A stretch of DNA of 57,492 nucleotides, the filler included, from Moniliella sp. 'wahieum' (lineage: Eukaryota): assembly GCA_003971905.1 (NCBI GenBank). It is 3 parts of 3 records of this genome, joined end to end, with 100 filler letters (N's around TTAATTAATTAA, not from the genome) between each part and the next. Parts side by side here need not be neighbours in the genome. Positions count along the whole stretch, not along the records: positions 1 to 14,249 come from RSEE01000214.1; 2 more parts are not named here. One strand, 5' to 3'. The position numbers were made by a program, and so were the translations under genes. Below the pieces are notes generated by a model, which was not told the DNA's origin, made no database searches, and saw nothing but the letters and a program-made list of their open reading frames with translations. Below are positions 1 to 11,628 of the stretch, one piece after another (position 1 is the stretch's first letter; each line of letters opens with the position of its first letter).

Positions 1-603
1 TAGACTGACTGTAGACTATGACTGTAGACTGGTGGACTGTGGACTCGCGCGCTGGTGGTGTACTCCTCTGGACGCATGGTGCAGCCAACAAGAATGCGCG
101 CCATTCTCCAAGGTCATTCTCCAAGGCCATTCTCAAAGCCCATTCTTACGCTCGGTCGGGCGCGATGAGCGCTCAGAGAACAATCTCATCAATCATCCCC
201 TAGTCGCTTGGCTGTGCTGCGCGGTTGAGACCGAGACAGAAGAGGGGGGGAAAACCCCACTAACTGCAACGGCGCGACTGTCGGATATACGGCGCCACAG
301 TGGTATACAGTTGCAATGATCTTTCTCGACGCTCCCCGCCCATTGGGTCGAGAGCTGTCCATTAGCCCAATGGGAATGAGAATGAGCACTGTTGCGCCAC
401 ATAAGCTCCTCTGCGCGACGTGCGTCCGCGACTACCCTCATGGCACCTTGGTACCTTGGTACCTTGGCACAGGGTACTTAGCTAGAGCACCAACTTTCTA
501 CCTAAGTACTACACCCACAGTCCAGTCCAGTCCAGTCCAGTCCCCCTAACCTAGACCGCACCCGCACCACCACGGACGACTCCACATCCCCCACCATCCT
601 TCC

Positions 604-833
604 GTTCCCTTGCCTTGCGTTCCGTTGGCCTGCCTTACCTTACGTCCCTACCCGTATGCACGCCCAGCTGCCCACTGCACGCTACCTCGACTGTTGGCTC
701 TTTCGGTGCGTAGTAGTGTTCCCTTGCCTTGCCTTCCGTTGGCCTGCCTTACCTTACGTCCCTACCCGTATGCACGCCCAGCTGCCCACTGCACGCTACC
801 CGACTGTTGGCTCTTTCGGTGGCGTAGTAGTGT
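604..833. repeat. Tandem direct duplication of a ~114-bp unit (2 copies)
   Basis: gttcccttgccttgc...ctctttcggt(g)gcgtagtagtgt occurs at 604-717 and again at 718-833, differing by about 3 small changes. Confidence 0.9.
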
Positions 834-1125
834 CAGCGGGTTTGGCGTAGAGCGTGCGCCCGGCCCAGGCACACCAATCCGTTTGTGGCGCGTCGACGGA
901 GAAAAGTCGTTGGGCATGAATTGTATTGCATTGCATTGCATTGAAGTGGAGTAGATTGATTTGGAGTGAATTGAAGTGGAGTGTCGTGGGTGGTACGCCA
1001 TGCAGGTAAATCCCAATTGAATAAAATCGGCTGAAATGGCTGCACTTTTTACCTCAGCTGCCCCGTGACACGTTCCCAGCCACCCGCAGCCGAGTATCGG
1101 TGATATTATTTGCCCTCTCCAGCGT

Positions 1126-1238
1126 GGAACGGTGGACCGGGGGAACGGTGGACCGGGGGAACGGCGGCTAAGGTGGCGAAGGAGGAACGGTGGCTACGGT
1201 GGCGATGGTGGACTGGGGGAACGGTGGCTAAGGTGGCG
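1126..1238. repeat. Degenerate G-rich minisatellite (ggaacggtggaccggg / ggaacggtggctaaggtggcg units)
   Basis: The ggaacgg(t/c)gg motif recurs 5 times within about 110 bp. Confidence 0.75.
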
Positions 1239-1278
1239 CCAGCAGACCGGGCCGTAGGCCCGGTGGTCTCCTATTTAT

Positions 1279-1559
1279 TTACTGCTTATCCGCGACGGGA
1301 ACTCGTGGCCCGTGACGCCTTGAAGCCCGAGCGGAGGTTATCGCTGATGGCCTCGGTCGTGGACGCAGACAAGTCGTGGCCGATGCGGCGCTCGCCAAAG
1401 GCGACGGCCTTGTCGAGCATGTCCTGCTGGCCCGTCGTGCTTTTGGTTGGGGCGTGGCGGTGGCGGGGGCTTGGGAGGAGTTGGTGTTGGTGGGCTGCTG
1501 GTCAGAGGGGGTGTCAGTGCGTGTGGGCAGAATGGGAAGGAAGCACGTACGGCGTCCAT
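1279..1559 (-). CDS. Small (~75 aa) conserved fungal hypothetical protein with one intron (~1498-1550)
   Basis: Minus strand reads ATG GAC GCC|gtacgt...ctgac...cag|. Stitched frames give QPTNTNSSQAPATAT...STTGQQDMLDKAVAFGERRIGHDLSASTTEAISDNLRSGFK.VTGHEFPVADKQ*. This resembles, from recall, small fungal proteins of the D.LDK...EKISD.IR.GFKK.TGKD.PI.DK type. Indels interrupt the frame. Confidence 0.65.
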
Positions 1560-2120
1560 GGTGGGTGCAAGCGCAGAAGCAAGGTGGGGGGGGGCAGGGT
1601 GTGTGGCGAGGGGAATGGTCTGGGGTTAAATAGGAAGGACTGCCTGAGGCAATGCTTCTGAACCTGAACGTGAACGTGAACCTGAGTCTGATGGTGAAGG
1701 GCGCGCGGGCGAGTGTGGAGCGGCTGTTGGGTGTTGGTTGGGCGGGGATGCGCGAGAGTGGTGGACTGGTGTGGTGCCTGGCTGCTGTGCGTGCGAGCAG
1801 CCGCACAAGGCAGTGCATGCATTACGTCACTGGCCACGTCACCCGTAGCACCCATCGCCTCCTATCTGTGATGGAGCGCACACTCCAGTTCGAACCGAAT
1901 TGGAATTGGAATTGGAGTTGCAATTGCAATTGGAATTGCAATTGCATTTCGGTGGCAATGTGAAATGCAAAATGCGAATGCCAAATGTGAAATGTAAAAT
2001 CGGAAGCGTTGGGCCGGGCGGAATGCGCACACACGCGCAGGCGGAAGCGGCGAGAAGATTCCACGCACGGTTTGTGGGATGGATCTTCTTCTTGCCACCA
2101 CCTCCACCTCACTTGTTCCA

Positions 2121-3529
2121 ATGAGTCTTCTCCGCTCGGCTGCTTCCCGCTGTGCTGCGCCGTCTGTGCGCGTGTGTGTGCCTGCTGCGCGTGGGCTCAC
2201 CACCGCCGTGCCGCGTGTGGGCGTTTCCTCTTCGTCGCGGCGCGTTCGGCGCTGCGTTCGCGCGGTCCGCGTGCGCTGCGTGCCGCTGCTCCGCTGGCGT
2301 GCCGGCCTTTGGCCTGGTTGCGTCGCGCGCCTACGCCGACGCGGCTAGCTTCAAGCGCTCCAAGCCCCACATGAACATTGGTACCATTGGCCACGTTGAC
2401 CATGGCAAGACGACGTTGACCGCCGCGATTACCAGGTGCTCCACGACCAGAGTGGCGAGGGCAAGTTTGTGGACTATGCGTCGATTGACAAGCGCCCGAA
2501 GAAAAAGCTCGTGGTATTAACCATTTCCTCGGCGCACGTTGAGTACGAGACGCCCAACCGGCACTAGCGCATGTCGACTGTCCCGGTCACGCCGATTACA
2601 TTCGGAATATGATTACCGGTGCGGCCCAGATGGACGGTGCGATCATTGTGGTGTCGGCGACGGATGGCCAGATGCCCCAGACACGGGAACATTTGCTCCT
2701 GGCCAAGCAGGTGGGCATCAAGAAGCTCGTCGTGTTTATCACAAGGTGGACATGATTGATGATCCGGAGATGCTCGAGTTGGTCGAGATGGAGATGCGTG
2801 AGTTGCTCGATACGTACGGCTTTGATGGGGACAACACGCCGATCGTCTCGGGTTCCGCCTTGGCTGCGCTGGAGAACCGCGACCCGACCATTGGCAAGAA
2901 GCCATTCTCAAGCTGATGGATGCGGCCGATGCGTGGCTCGACATGCCGCCGCGCGACTTGGACAAGCCCTTCCTGATGCCGATCGAAGATGTTTTTCGAT
3001 TGCGGGTCGTGGCACGGTGGTGACGGGCCGTGTGGAGCGGGCAAGATCACCAAGGGTTCCGAGGTGGAGATTATCGGTATGGGCAACGACAAGAAGACGG
3101 TCGTTACGGGGATTGAAATGTTCCACAAGAACCTCGACCATGGTGAGGCGGCGATAACATGGGTGCCTTGTTGCGCAGTATTAAGCGGGAAGATTTGCGT
3201 CGTGGTCAGGTGCTTTGTGCACCGGGATCCATCAAGCCAGCCAAGAAGTTCTCGGCGCAGATTTACATTTTGACCAAGGAAGAAGGTGGTCGCTACACGC
3301 CGTTTAGCAACCACTACCGTCCCCAGCTCTTTATCCGCACCGCCGACGACGGTCTCCCCTCACCCACCCGGAAGGCCCGAGAAGACAAGATGGTCATGCC
3401 CGGTGACAATGTCGAGCTCAACGGCGAACTGGTGCACGAGATGCGCTCGAAGTCGGTTCCCGCTTCACCCTCCGCGAGGGCGGTCGTACCGTCGGCACGG
3501 GTATCGTCACCACCATCACCACTAACTAA
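2121..3529 (+). CDS. TUF1: Mitochondrial translation elongation factor EF-Tu, apparently intronless, with several indel frameshifts
   Basis: Arg/Ala/Ser-rich presequence [10 protein letters not shown]. Motifs seen: [24 protein letters not shown] (G1), [98 protein letters not shown]. Stop TAA at 3527-3529. Confidence 0.97.
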
Positions 3530-5663
3530 ACTGCCGATGCCGTACTTGTTCACCCTCTCCCTCAGCCTCCCTGCCTCTCTGCCTTTTGCTCTGCCTCTGC
3601 CTCGTCCCTCGTCCCTCTGCTCCAGTGGCACGGGGGCCGAGTAGGTGGTGACCCGGCGTCGGGGGGGGGGGAAGGTTCAATCAAGCACGTAAGCACCTAA
3701 GCGTATGGATGTGTCTGCGTTCCATTACGTTGCATCTGTTGCCACATAGAGCTTGTAGTGGACCCATATCCATACCCATCGGGATTCCTCAGTGACTAGT
3801 GACGTGCTCAGTCCTCAGTACCTCGGTGGTGCAGGAAACAGGCGCTGGGAATGGGCAACGGTGAACGGTGAACGTTGGTTGAACGCTGAGTTGAACCCAA
3901 CACGCACCTCACCTGAACGTTTTCAACGTTCAACGTTCAACCCACACACCGAGTCTTCAGACTCAGGAAGAGACCAAGCAGAACTAAAGAAGAACAAGAA
4001 GCAGAAGAAGCACACACGAAGAAGGAGAAGGAGAAAGAGGGGGCACTAGGACAGAGGAGAGAGGCATACTGGGCCGGTGCCCGATGAGTAATGCGTAATG
4101 CATAATGCTTAAGGATTCCAGATCAGCTCTTCGATCGCGCCCGCGTCGCGTCTCCACCTCTTTGACCTTCTCAATCTGAGCCTGCGACTAACCCTCAGAC
4201 TTCAGATGTTGGTCAAAAATCTCCGACGTGAGCCTGAGACGCTTGCCAGCCACTATAGTCACGGCTTGACTGTTGAAGTTCAGCCAGTGGTGCGGTACGT
4301 TTGAATCCACCATGGCTGCTCGTATAGCTGCCTGCCTAGTATAGTACCTCTCGGTTCCTCTCCCTTGCTGCTTGCTTACAGTGGTACGCGGCACGAGGTA
4401 CGGTGGTACAAAGATGAATGAATGAATGAATGAATGAACGGAGCCTATGGCAGCCACAGGCGCTCACTTACTGTTTCGTCCTCTTACTCTCCTCCCGTCC
4501 CCTCCCTTCCTCTCGGCTCGACTGGACTTGATCCGCCTCTCGCCTCGCACCCGCGTACCGCAACTACCACTGCACAGCGCACTGCACGCAGCGCACGCAG
4601 CCCCCAGCAGGGCAGACACGCGCGTCCGTCTTCTCGTTCCCGTCTGCAGCACACTCGGCGTGGAGGCGATAGCACCTAGACTATAGCCTAGCTAGACAGT
4701 CTAGCAGCCAAGTCTTCAGTTGCCTTGGTGACTGGTTGTAGCAAAAACAAGCTAGAGTGCAGGTTTTTGGCTTGCGCGCATTAATTGCGGTTTGGTGGAC
4801 TGATCGCTGTCGCTACACCCTAGGCCAAGCAACATAGTAACGTACACGTAGGATGTAGGATGTAGAGTTTCACGGCCGTGCCGCACGCCTCGTCATCTTG
4901 GACAGCTGGTCGCATGGTCGTCCAGCGTCCTGCTGGACCGTCAGTTTGGATAGTCGGTCTGGGCAGTCGGTCTGGACAGTCAGTCTGGACGGCCCAGGGT
5001 GGTATGTGGGGGAACGGGACGCGGGACGCGGGTCAAACCCAAACGGAGCTGAACCAAGCAAGCCAGGGACCCAACCACACACCGACCATAGACCACCGAA
5101 ACAGACCACCGACCACAGCTACTAGTCACTGGGGGGGAGCCACGACGGCCTGAATTAGTGGCTTCTCTCTGATGTCCAACCGTGGGTATAACTGGTAACC
5201 GGTAACCGTACCCGGCGAGGCAGGTGGTCTGATTAGCACGGATTGCGTTTCCCATTTCCCATTTCCCATTTCGCGGTTGGCGCGGTTGGTGGTTGGCGTT
5301 GCGCGTTGCGCGTGCCCTGATGCGGAGCGAGTGCCACCCGAAGAGTCAGGCCGAGGCCGCACGCGACGTGCGCGGCCTACTTCTCTAACTCTCTCACCTA
5401 CCTCGCTGTGCCATGTGCATCGAGCGCTCAGTGCTCCGACGCCATGCCCACGACAGCCATACGACCACTGCAGGAAGGGACCAACCCGCAGAGTGCGGCC
5501 CACTGCCTGTAATGCATAATGCCTAATGGTCTGGTTACTAGCTCTACTAGTACTAGTACGCTGCTGCAGTGCGTGCATCCTAATTCGCCCCCCTTCGGCG
5601 CGTAGACCTCGAAGGGAAGGGTTACACGATCACTCGGCATCAGCCCGAGGATTGCTCTCACTC

Positions 5664-8600
5664 TCACTCTAGGTGATCCAGCAGCGCATCCAACTCCTCG
5701 TCCTGGTCCGTGTGCTTAGGCTCAGCGCGCGCGGCTAATCGGCGCGACGTTCGTCGTGCAGGCTGCACCGTCGACGCCGCACCAGACGCAGCCGTCGACG
5801 TACCAGACACCCAGACCTCGGCGCACGAGACGCAGCACCAGACGCAACACGGGACGTACGAGACGCACGAGGGGCGTAGCTCGCGTCGTGCTCATCCCCC
5901 TCAGCACTTTGACTTCATCGTCGGGCTCATCGGGCGGAGCTTTCCGTTTCCGTGTGCGCACAGACCGCCGGTGCCGGTGCCGGTGCGGGTGCGGGTGCAG
6001 GTGCACGTACGTGGATACGGGCATGACCTCGCTCGACAGGTGGCCGAACAGGTACCGGATCGCGTGTGGACCGCGTGGATCGTGTGGATCGCGTGGAACG
6101 TGGCTGCGCTGTTCCTGTTTGCCCCGATGGCATTGATTGCCCCGACGAAAATGATGCCAGCGCAGCCATTTCGGATAGGGAAGCGATCCCGCCCTCGGAC
6201 GCGGCTGGTGCAGGTGCGTCAGCAGCTGCTCGTCCCCGGTCCACATCCACATCCATATCCACATCCGCGTCCACGTTCTGGTCGTCAACGTCCATTTCCA
6301 TGTTCGTGTCCATGTTCATGTTGGCGTGTGGGCTCGTCGTTGTCACCTGTTCGGGGAGGTGCATGGGGCGGAGGCGGGGGCGGGTGTGGGTGGGAGGGAC
6401 GTGGACGTATCGGGCGGCGTGGCGTGAGACACGTCCACGTCCTGTGCGTCTCTCCTGTTCCCCACGGTTGCTGCGTTTTGTTGCGGTTTCCACGGTTGCT
6501 GGGTTTGGCGCGTCATGGCTGTACTTGGACACGAGCGCTGCAGCCGGAAGGGTCGATGCGCCCGCGGCGGTAGTCGACGACGGTACCGATGCGTGCAAGG
6601 TAGCACCGCCACCACCACCACCATTGCCGGTCCGAGTGGCTTGTTCCGGTCGGGCACCGAGGAAGAACCCACCTCCTTCGTCCTCGTCCTCGCTTTCGTC
6701 TTCATCTTCGTCGTGGGTACCACTGTCCCTCTTCTTCTCTTCTTCTTCATTTTCTTGATTTCTCTTCTCTTGGCCTTCTGCGCGTGGATGCCCATTGCCA
6801 TTGCGCGTGTTGCGTAGCTGGTGAGCGTGGTGATCGAGTGGATCGAGGGTACCTTCTTGATCTAATTTGTCAGGTTGATTGTGTTGATTGTTGTGTTTAT
6901 CGTACTTGGCCCGGACGCGGGCGGAAATTTGCACGGCATTGATCAGCTTGCGCCACACTGCAGTACTTTTTCTTCCTTGCGTCGTTGGGCCTTGTCCTGT
7001 TCCAGCGCAGCTTGTACACGGCATTCCTGTTTTGTGTCCCCCCCAGGGTAAATTAAGTTAGGTCAGGTTAGGTTCGGTTCAGTTCAGTGAGAGTATGGTA
7101 GAGGGGAGGACAACGCCCAACGCAAAACGCAAAGGGCTACACCCAAAGGGCTACGAAAAAAAGAGAGTACGTACCTCCTCCACCGCGCGCGCGTTCGATG
7201 GGCACGACAATGCCTGAGATCTTGGGTGTGCCACGGAACTTGCGAAACTCGAATCCGGTCTGGACAACCAACAGCCAAGCGTTCGAGCCCATCCGCGGGG
7301 GGGGTTAGCCTCACAACACAACAACAACAACAACAACAACAAGGAAAGAAAGGGGGGTACGCACCACAGCCTCGGCATAGTGTACGCCCAAGCGCTGAGC
7401 GGCGCGCGCGGCACCCGGGAGGTCGACGTGCGCGCCGCCGGGCGGCAACATGGACGGGACAAACAAGTCGAGTCGGCCGTACTGGTTCTTGGTACGCGGC
7501 CGTCGACGACCGGCGGGGCATGGTGGACCTCGGTCTGTGCCAGGGCAAAAAGCGGTTCTTGTTGTTCGCGACCTTCGAGCTCGGCCGCGCGCTGCGCACG
7601 TTTATTCTCAATCGTATACGCACGCGTCTTGATGAACTTGAGTGGCACTTCGTCCTGCTTGATCGCCCTTCCCTGCTGCATCCACCCGCGCGCCGTCTTG
7701 AGCTGCACGACGTGTTTCCGCAGGTACACTGGGACCGTGCCCACTGTGCCGGCCTTGATGAGCGGGTGGATGATCTGGTCGCGCTTCAGGTGCCGCTCGA
7801 GGACGTAGAGCGGGTGATCTTTGAACGCCGCCACGCTCGTTGGCATCGGTTCCTTGGTCGCCATCGCAGCCAACTCTTCGTCCTCCACTGCGTCGCGATC
7901 CAACGCCTCGGGCCTGGAAATCGCACGCACCACTTTGTCCCACCACTCGTTCCCGCCCTCTGCCCCGCCCGACCCCACGCCCGAATCCACACCAGACCCG
8001 CAGGCGGCGCATCTTGGCCACACGCGACTGCAACGTACGCGTGTAGCGCGCAGTCACGTCGCGTGCATACCCATCTTCTTCGTACGCCACCACATACACA
8101 CTTATATCCCGGTCGTGTACCTGCGGTTCCATACTTCGGTTTCCCTGGGCACAACAAAGCCACGGATCGGATCGACGGTCAACCAGCGCTGGAACGGTTT
8201 CGAGAACACTTCTGCCCACACCGTCGGTGGGTGGGCAAGGTTCACCGGCTCCAATTCCCCAGCGTCCTGCGCGTCTTCTCCGTCCTGCGCGTCGTCTCCG
8301 TTGGCGTCAGCGTCAGCTTCGGGACCCTAAGGGCAACAGCTTTCACATCCGCGGACGGTGTGGACGTAGTTTGATTTTGGGCTGGAGCGTACGCGGACGG
8401 TCAGCGCTTGCCACTCGGCCGAACGGTAGTCGTGCACCGCCTTGTCCTTCCCAGCATTGGCGGCCGTCGCGGTCGAGGTCGAGGTCGAGGTCGGCGCTTT
8501 GCCCTACCGCGGCTCTGCCCGTACCGCTCTCCTTGGTTTTGCCCTTCCCCACCACCTTGTCGGTCTTCTTGGGTGTGCCTTGATCCTGCGGACCGGAGCG

Positions 8601-9984
8601 GGGCCGTGCAGGCCGTGCAGAAGAAACGAAACGGAGGGGTCCGAATCGGGGGTCCAACGCGTGCCGACGCACGAGATGGACGATCGCGACGCATATGCGC
8701 ATAGCCCTTTACTGGAGCTGCACCAGCAGACGACATACCAAACGTAGCGATGCGCGCAGTACTTCCGACCGATCCACCAGCCTTAGACGTGGCCACTTTA
8801 GCTGCCCCGACGCTCCACGGACCTACCTGGGGGGAGATGACCAGGCGCGCAGGGATCCCCAGCGAGCGACACAGCGCAACAAATAACGATGCCGAGGTTT
8901 CCCTTGACCCGCGCATGTCCACCGCATGCGTCAACAAGTCTTCCGCCGTGCGCGCGCGTTCAGGAGCCGGCGCAAGACGCAGGTACGCAGGTACCTTGGT
9001 CGTTGCCGAGCCGGGCGGAAGAGGCTGATCTCGATGGGTGCGCGTGGTCGGGGCGGAAGTGGAAGTGGACGCGGACGCGCACGTCCACGCCCACCTGGAC
9101 GCCCACGCGACGCCGAGGACAAAGTCGAGGAAAGAGAAGAAAAGCGATCTTACTACTTCGTTCTTCCAGCGCTCGTTTCCACGCGCGCAACCGTGCAGCA
9201 TGGCGCTTATGTCGCTCAACGCGTTCTGCCGCGCTCTCGTAGATCCAACCATCGACCCTGCGTCCCGGACGGTTCCACGTAGCCCCAGTGCCCGACCAAG
9301 TCACGATCGGCTGGCGCAGCGCAGCCCCCCGGTCTCCTGGGCATCGAGCACGAAGGAACGTTTCCACCACTCGGTCAAGCGCGCAAGGAACGCCTCGAAC
9401 ATACGCACACGTTCGCGCTGGTTAGGCTCTAACTTTGGTTTGATCTTCTTGAGCTGCTGTACCAAGTCGCGAGGAACCGACTCGGCCAACCAGCCCTGTA
9501 CCACGTCGTCCTGTAACACCGCGTTGCGCTTGTGCGCCCACGCAAGTAACGCCAGCACGTGCAGTTTGTGTGCCGCAATCCGTTTCGCTCGGTCTCTGGG
9601 GCGTCACGAGCGATTCCTTTCGTCGCCGTTTTTCTTCTTCGGCACGCAGCTCCTCGGCCGTCTTGCCCCGACAAGGGAAGCGCAATGTTCATCCTCCCGC
9701 CAGCCTGGCCTTTACCGTCGTAGAACATGCGCGGGGCGGGGGACGTGCCGAGCGACCCCCCCCGAGCGGCGAGAAGGCGCTGTCCCTGCGCCCGCAGACA
9801 CAGATACTGAGTCAGAGGCGTACAGCGCGGCATAGTCGTCGTGCGTGTGCTCGGGAGTGCAGGCCCGGGAGAGGCGCGCATCGTGCTCCTCGTCGACCGA
9901 CTCGAAGGACTCGTCGGCCGATTGGACCGACTCGAAGGATTCCTCGGACGCTCCGTCGTCGGCTTCGGCCAGGGAGGAGGGCAT
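5664..9984 (-). CDS. RAD4: Rad4/XPC-family nucleotide-excision-repair protein with introns at ~7260-7364 and ~7027-7174, a long low-complexity C-terminal tail and indel frameshifts
   Basis: Transglutaminase-like region: HKLHVLALLAWAHKRN, RGSRETSASLFVALCRSLGIPARLVIS, WAEVFSKPFQRW.TVDP, YVVAYEEDGYARDVTARY. BHD1: EPMPTSVAAFKDHPLYVLERHLKRDQ. BHD2: VYLRKHVVQLKTARGWMQQGR. BHD3: PPVVDGRVPR...TGFEFRKFRGTPKISGIVVP. Then WRKLINAVQISARVRAKY. Intron donors gtgcgt and gtacgt with ctaac branch sites. Both ends are approximate, and the paralogue identity (Rad4 versus Rad34/Rhp42-like) is not resolved. Confidence 0.9.
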
Positions 9985-10180
9985 GTTGCGCACACGGCGG
10001 GTGGTGGGTGGTGGTAGCGGTGTAGAGGTGATGGTGGTGATGCGGTGGTGGTGGCGACGGACAGATGGATGCTGGGGATGCTCGGCTTCCCAATCGGCGT
10101 TTGAGTTAAAGTGGCGGCCGAGCTGGGCCGCTGGGGTTGTGCTTAGGTCAGCCTCAGCCCAAGTGCGTGTCCAGTTTTCG

Positions 10181-10198
10181 ACGCGCGACGCGACGCGG
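10181..10198. promoter_or_regulatory. Cluster of MCB-like ACGCG motifs in the divergent RAD4/PSF1 intergenic region
   Basis: acgcgcgacgcgacgcg contains three ACGCG cores near the middle of the ~366-bp spacer. MBF/MCB control of replication genes is established in yeasts; function here is inferred. Confidence 0.4.
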
Positions 10199-10350
10199 CT
10201 CAAAGACCAACCCGCCGCGACCACCACCAGTACTACCTCCACTTCCACCACCACCACCACTTCCACTTCCACCTCCACCTCCACCACCACTACCACCTCC
10301 ACTACCACACACCACTTCCACTTCCACCCCCCCCCCCCCACCCCACCGCC

Positions 10351-11277
10351 ATGTTTGGCGACACAGCAATGTGCTCGTGAACGAGTGCCGCTCCACGCAG
10401 GCCACGGGCAACCTGCGTGCGTACAAGTACGTTCTGTCGCCCCTCTGGTCCCTCCCATACCCCCCTACCCCCTACCCCCCGCTCACCTCTTCCTCCCCCT
10501 CTTTCCCAACAGCGACGAAGCATCCGCCTAGTGCTAGTAGAGACTCGCAGCTGCACGAAGCCGTGTGTGCACTCAAGAGCACACTACAAAGTTTCCGACT
10601 GCAATCGTGGAAGGGGATGCGCTTTCCGCCCTGGAGATCCAGTTGATCGTGCACCACCAAGCGGGGCAGAGGAACAAGCGTGCGCTCTTGGCCTACCACC
10701 AGTTCCGGCTCAACTGGCTCCACAAGGCCTTCTGGGGCACAGGCTGTTCTCTCCCCGCTCTTACTCGGTCGGGCGCAGCCTTGGTCCCGGCGGCCTGCAC
10801 GGCGGGGGAAACGCCCCCCCGTTCCTGGCTCGGGACCTGAGGAGCTGGCGCAGGACCCGATCCCAATTCAGGTCTCGATGCCGAAGGCCGGTTGCGGGAT
10901 AAGTTAGCCCCAGCCGAGTTGGACCATATCAAGGCGTATGCCGATTTGTTGGTTATGGACATCAAGATGGAGTATGTGCAGACTGGATGTGACAACGTCG
11001 TTGGTCCAAGCTGGTCCTGGAGCGCCCGGGTCCGTAGCGGCACTAGGTAAGATTGGTACGCTCGGGTCGCGCAGGGTGGTGGTCCAGCTGGTGGACTGTA
11101 CGGTTCAGGTGGTCCAGCGGCCCCGGTCGACTGATGGTCTCGGTCATCTCTCGTGTGGACGCACGCGAAGTCATGACGGATGCAGGCGTCATTTCGTTGC
11201 GCAAGGCAGAACGTATGCGTGTTCGACCGCGGAGATCGAAGTCTCCTGGCTAAGGGGTGCTGCCCCTGGCTGAATAG
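10351..11277 (+). CDS. PSF1: GINS complex subunit Psf1 with one intron (~10427-10512) and indel frameshifts
   Basis: Stitched translation: MFGDTA.VLVNECRSTQATGNLRAYN|DEA.RLVLVETR...LIVHHQAGQRNKRALLAYHQFRLNWLHKAFW...PAELDHIKAYADLL...PGRLMVSVISRVDAREVMTDAGVISLRKAERMRVR. This parallels yeast Psf1 motifs MYGDLGNKLV, RNKRCLLAY and DVRVLKDAGEIQTEYGVFNL. Intron gtacgt...gctcac...cag. Confidence 0.88.
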
Positions 11278-11320
11278 CCACCCAGGCACAGAATGCAGAA
11301 GCATGAACCGCAGCGCATCT

Positions 11321-11407
11321 GCCTCTGCCTCTGCCTCTGCCTCTGCCTCTGCCTCTGCCTCTGCTCTGCCTCTGCCTCTGCCTCTGCCTCGCCTCTGCCT
11401 CTGCCTC
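11321..11407. repeat. (GCCTCT)n hexanucleotide microsatellite between the convergent PSF1 and carrier genes
   Basis: About 14 near-perfect gcctct units are directly visible. Confidence 0.95.
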
Positions 11408-11628
11408 TTCCTCTGCTTCTCTGTACTCTCATCCGCATCTGCATCGATACCCGTCTCTGTTGGTACAGGGGGCAATCCATTGTAGACATGCAAAGTGCTG
11501 TGGAGGGGGTGGGGTATGGGGCAGGGAAAGAAGGGAAAGGAGGGAAAGAAAGGAAGGGAAGAAAGGGAAAAGGGAAGAAGGGATGGAGGGGAGAACACGG
11601 CAGGAGAGGTAGGAGACAGCAGGGAAGA

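Noticed and set aside
3650..5660. Short ORFs between TUF1 and RAD4
   Set aside because: The region is rich in simple repeats, shows no protein-family signal and has no consistent splice pattern.
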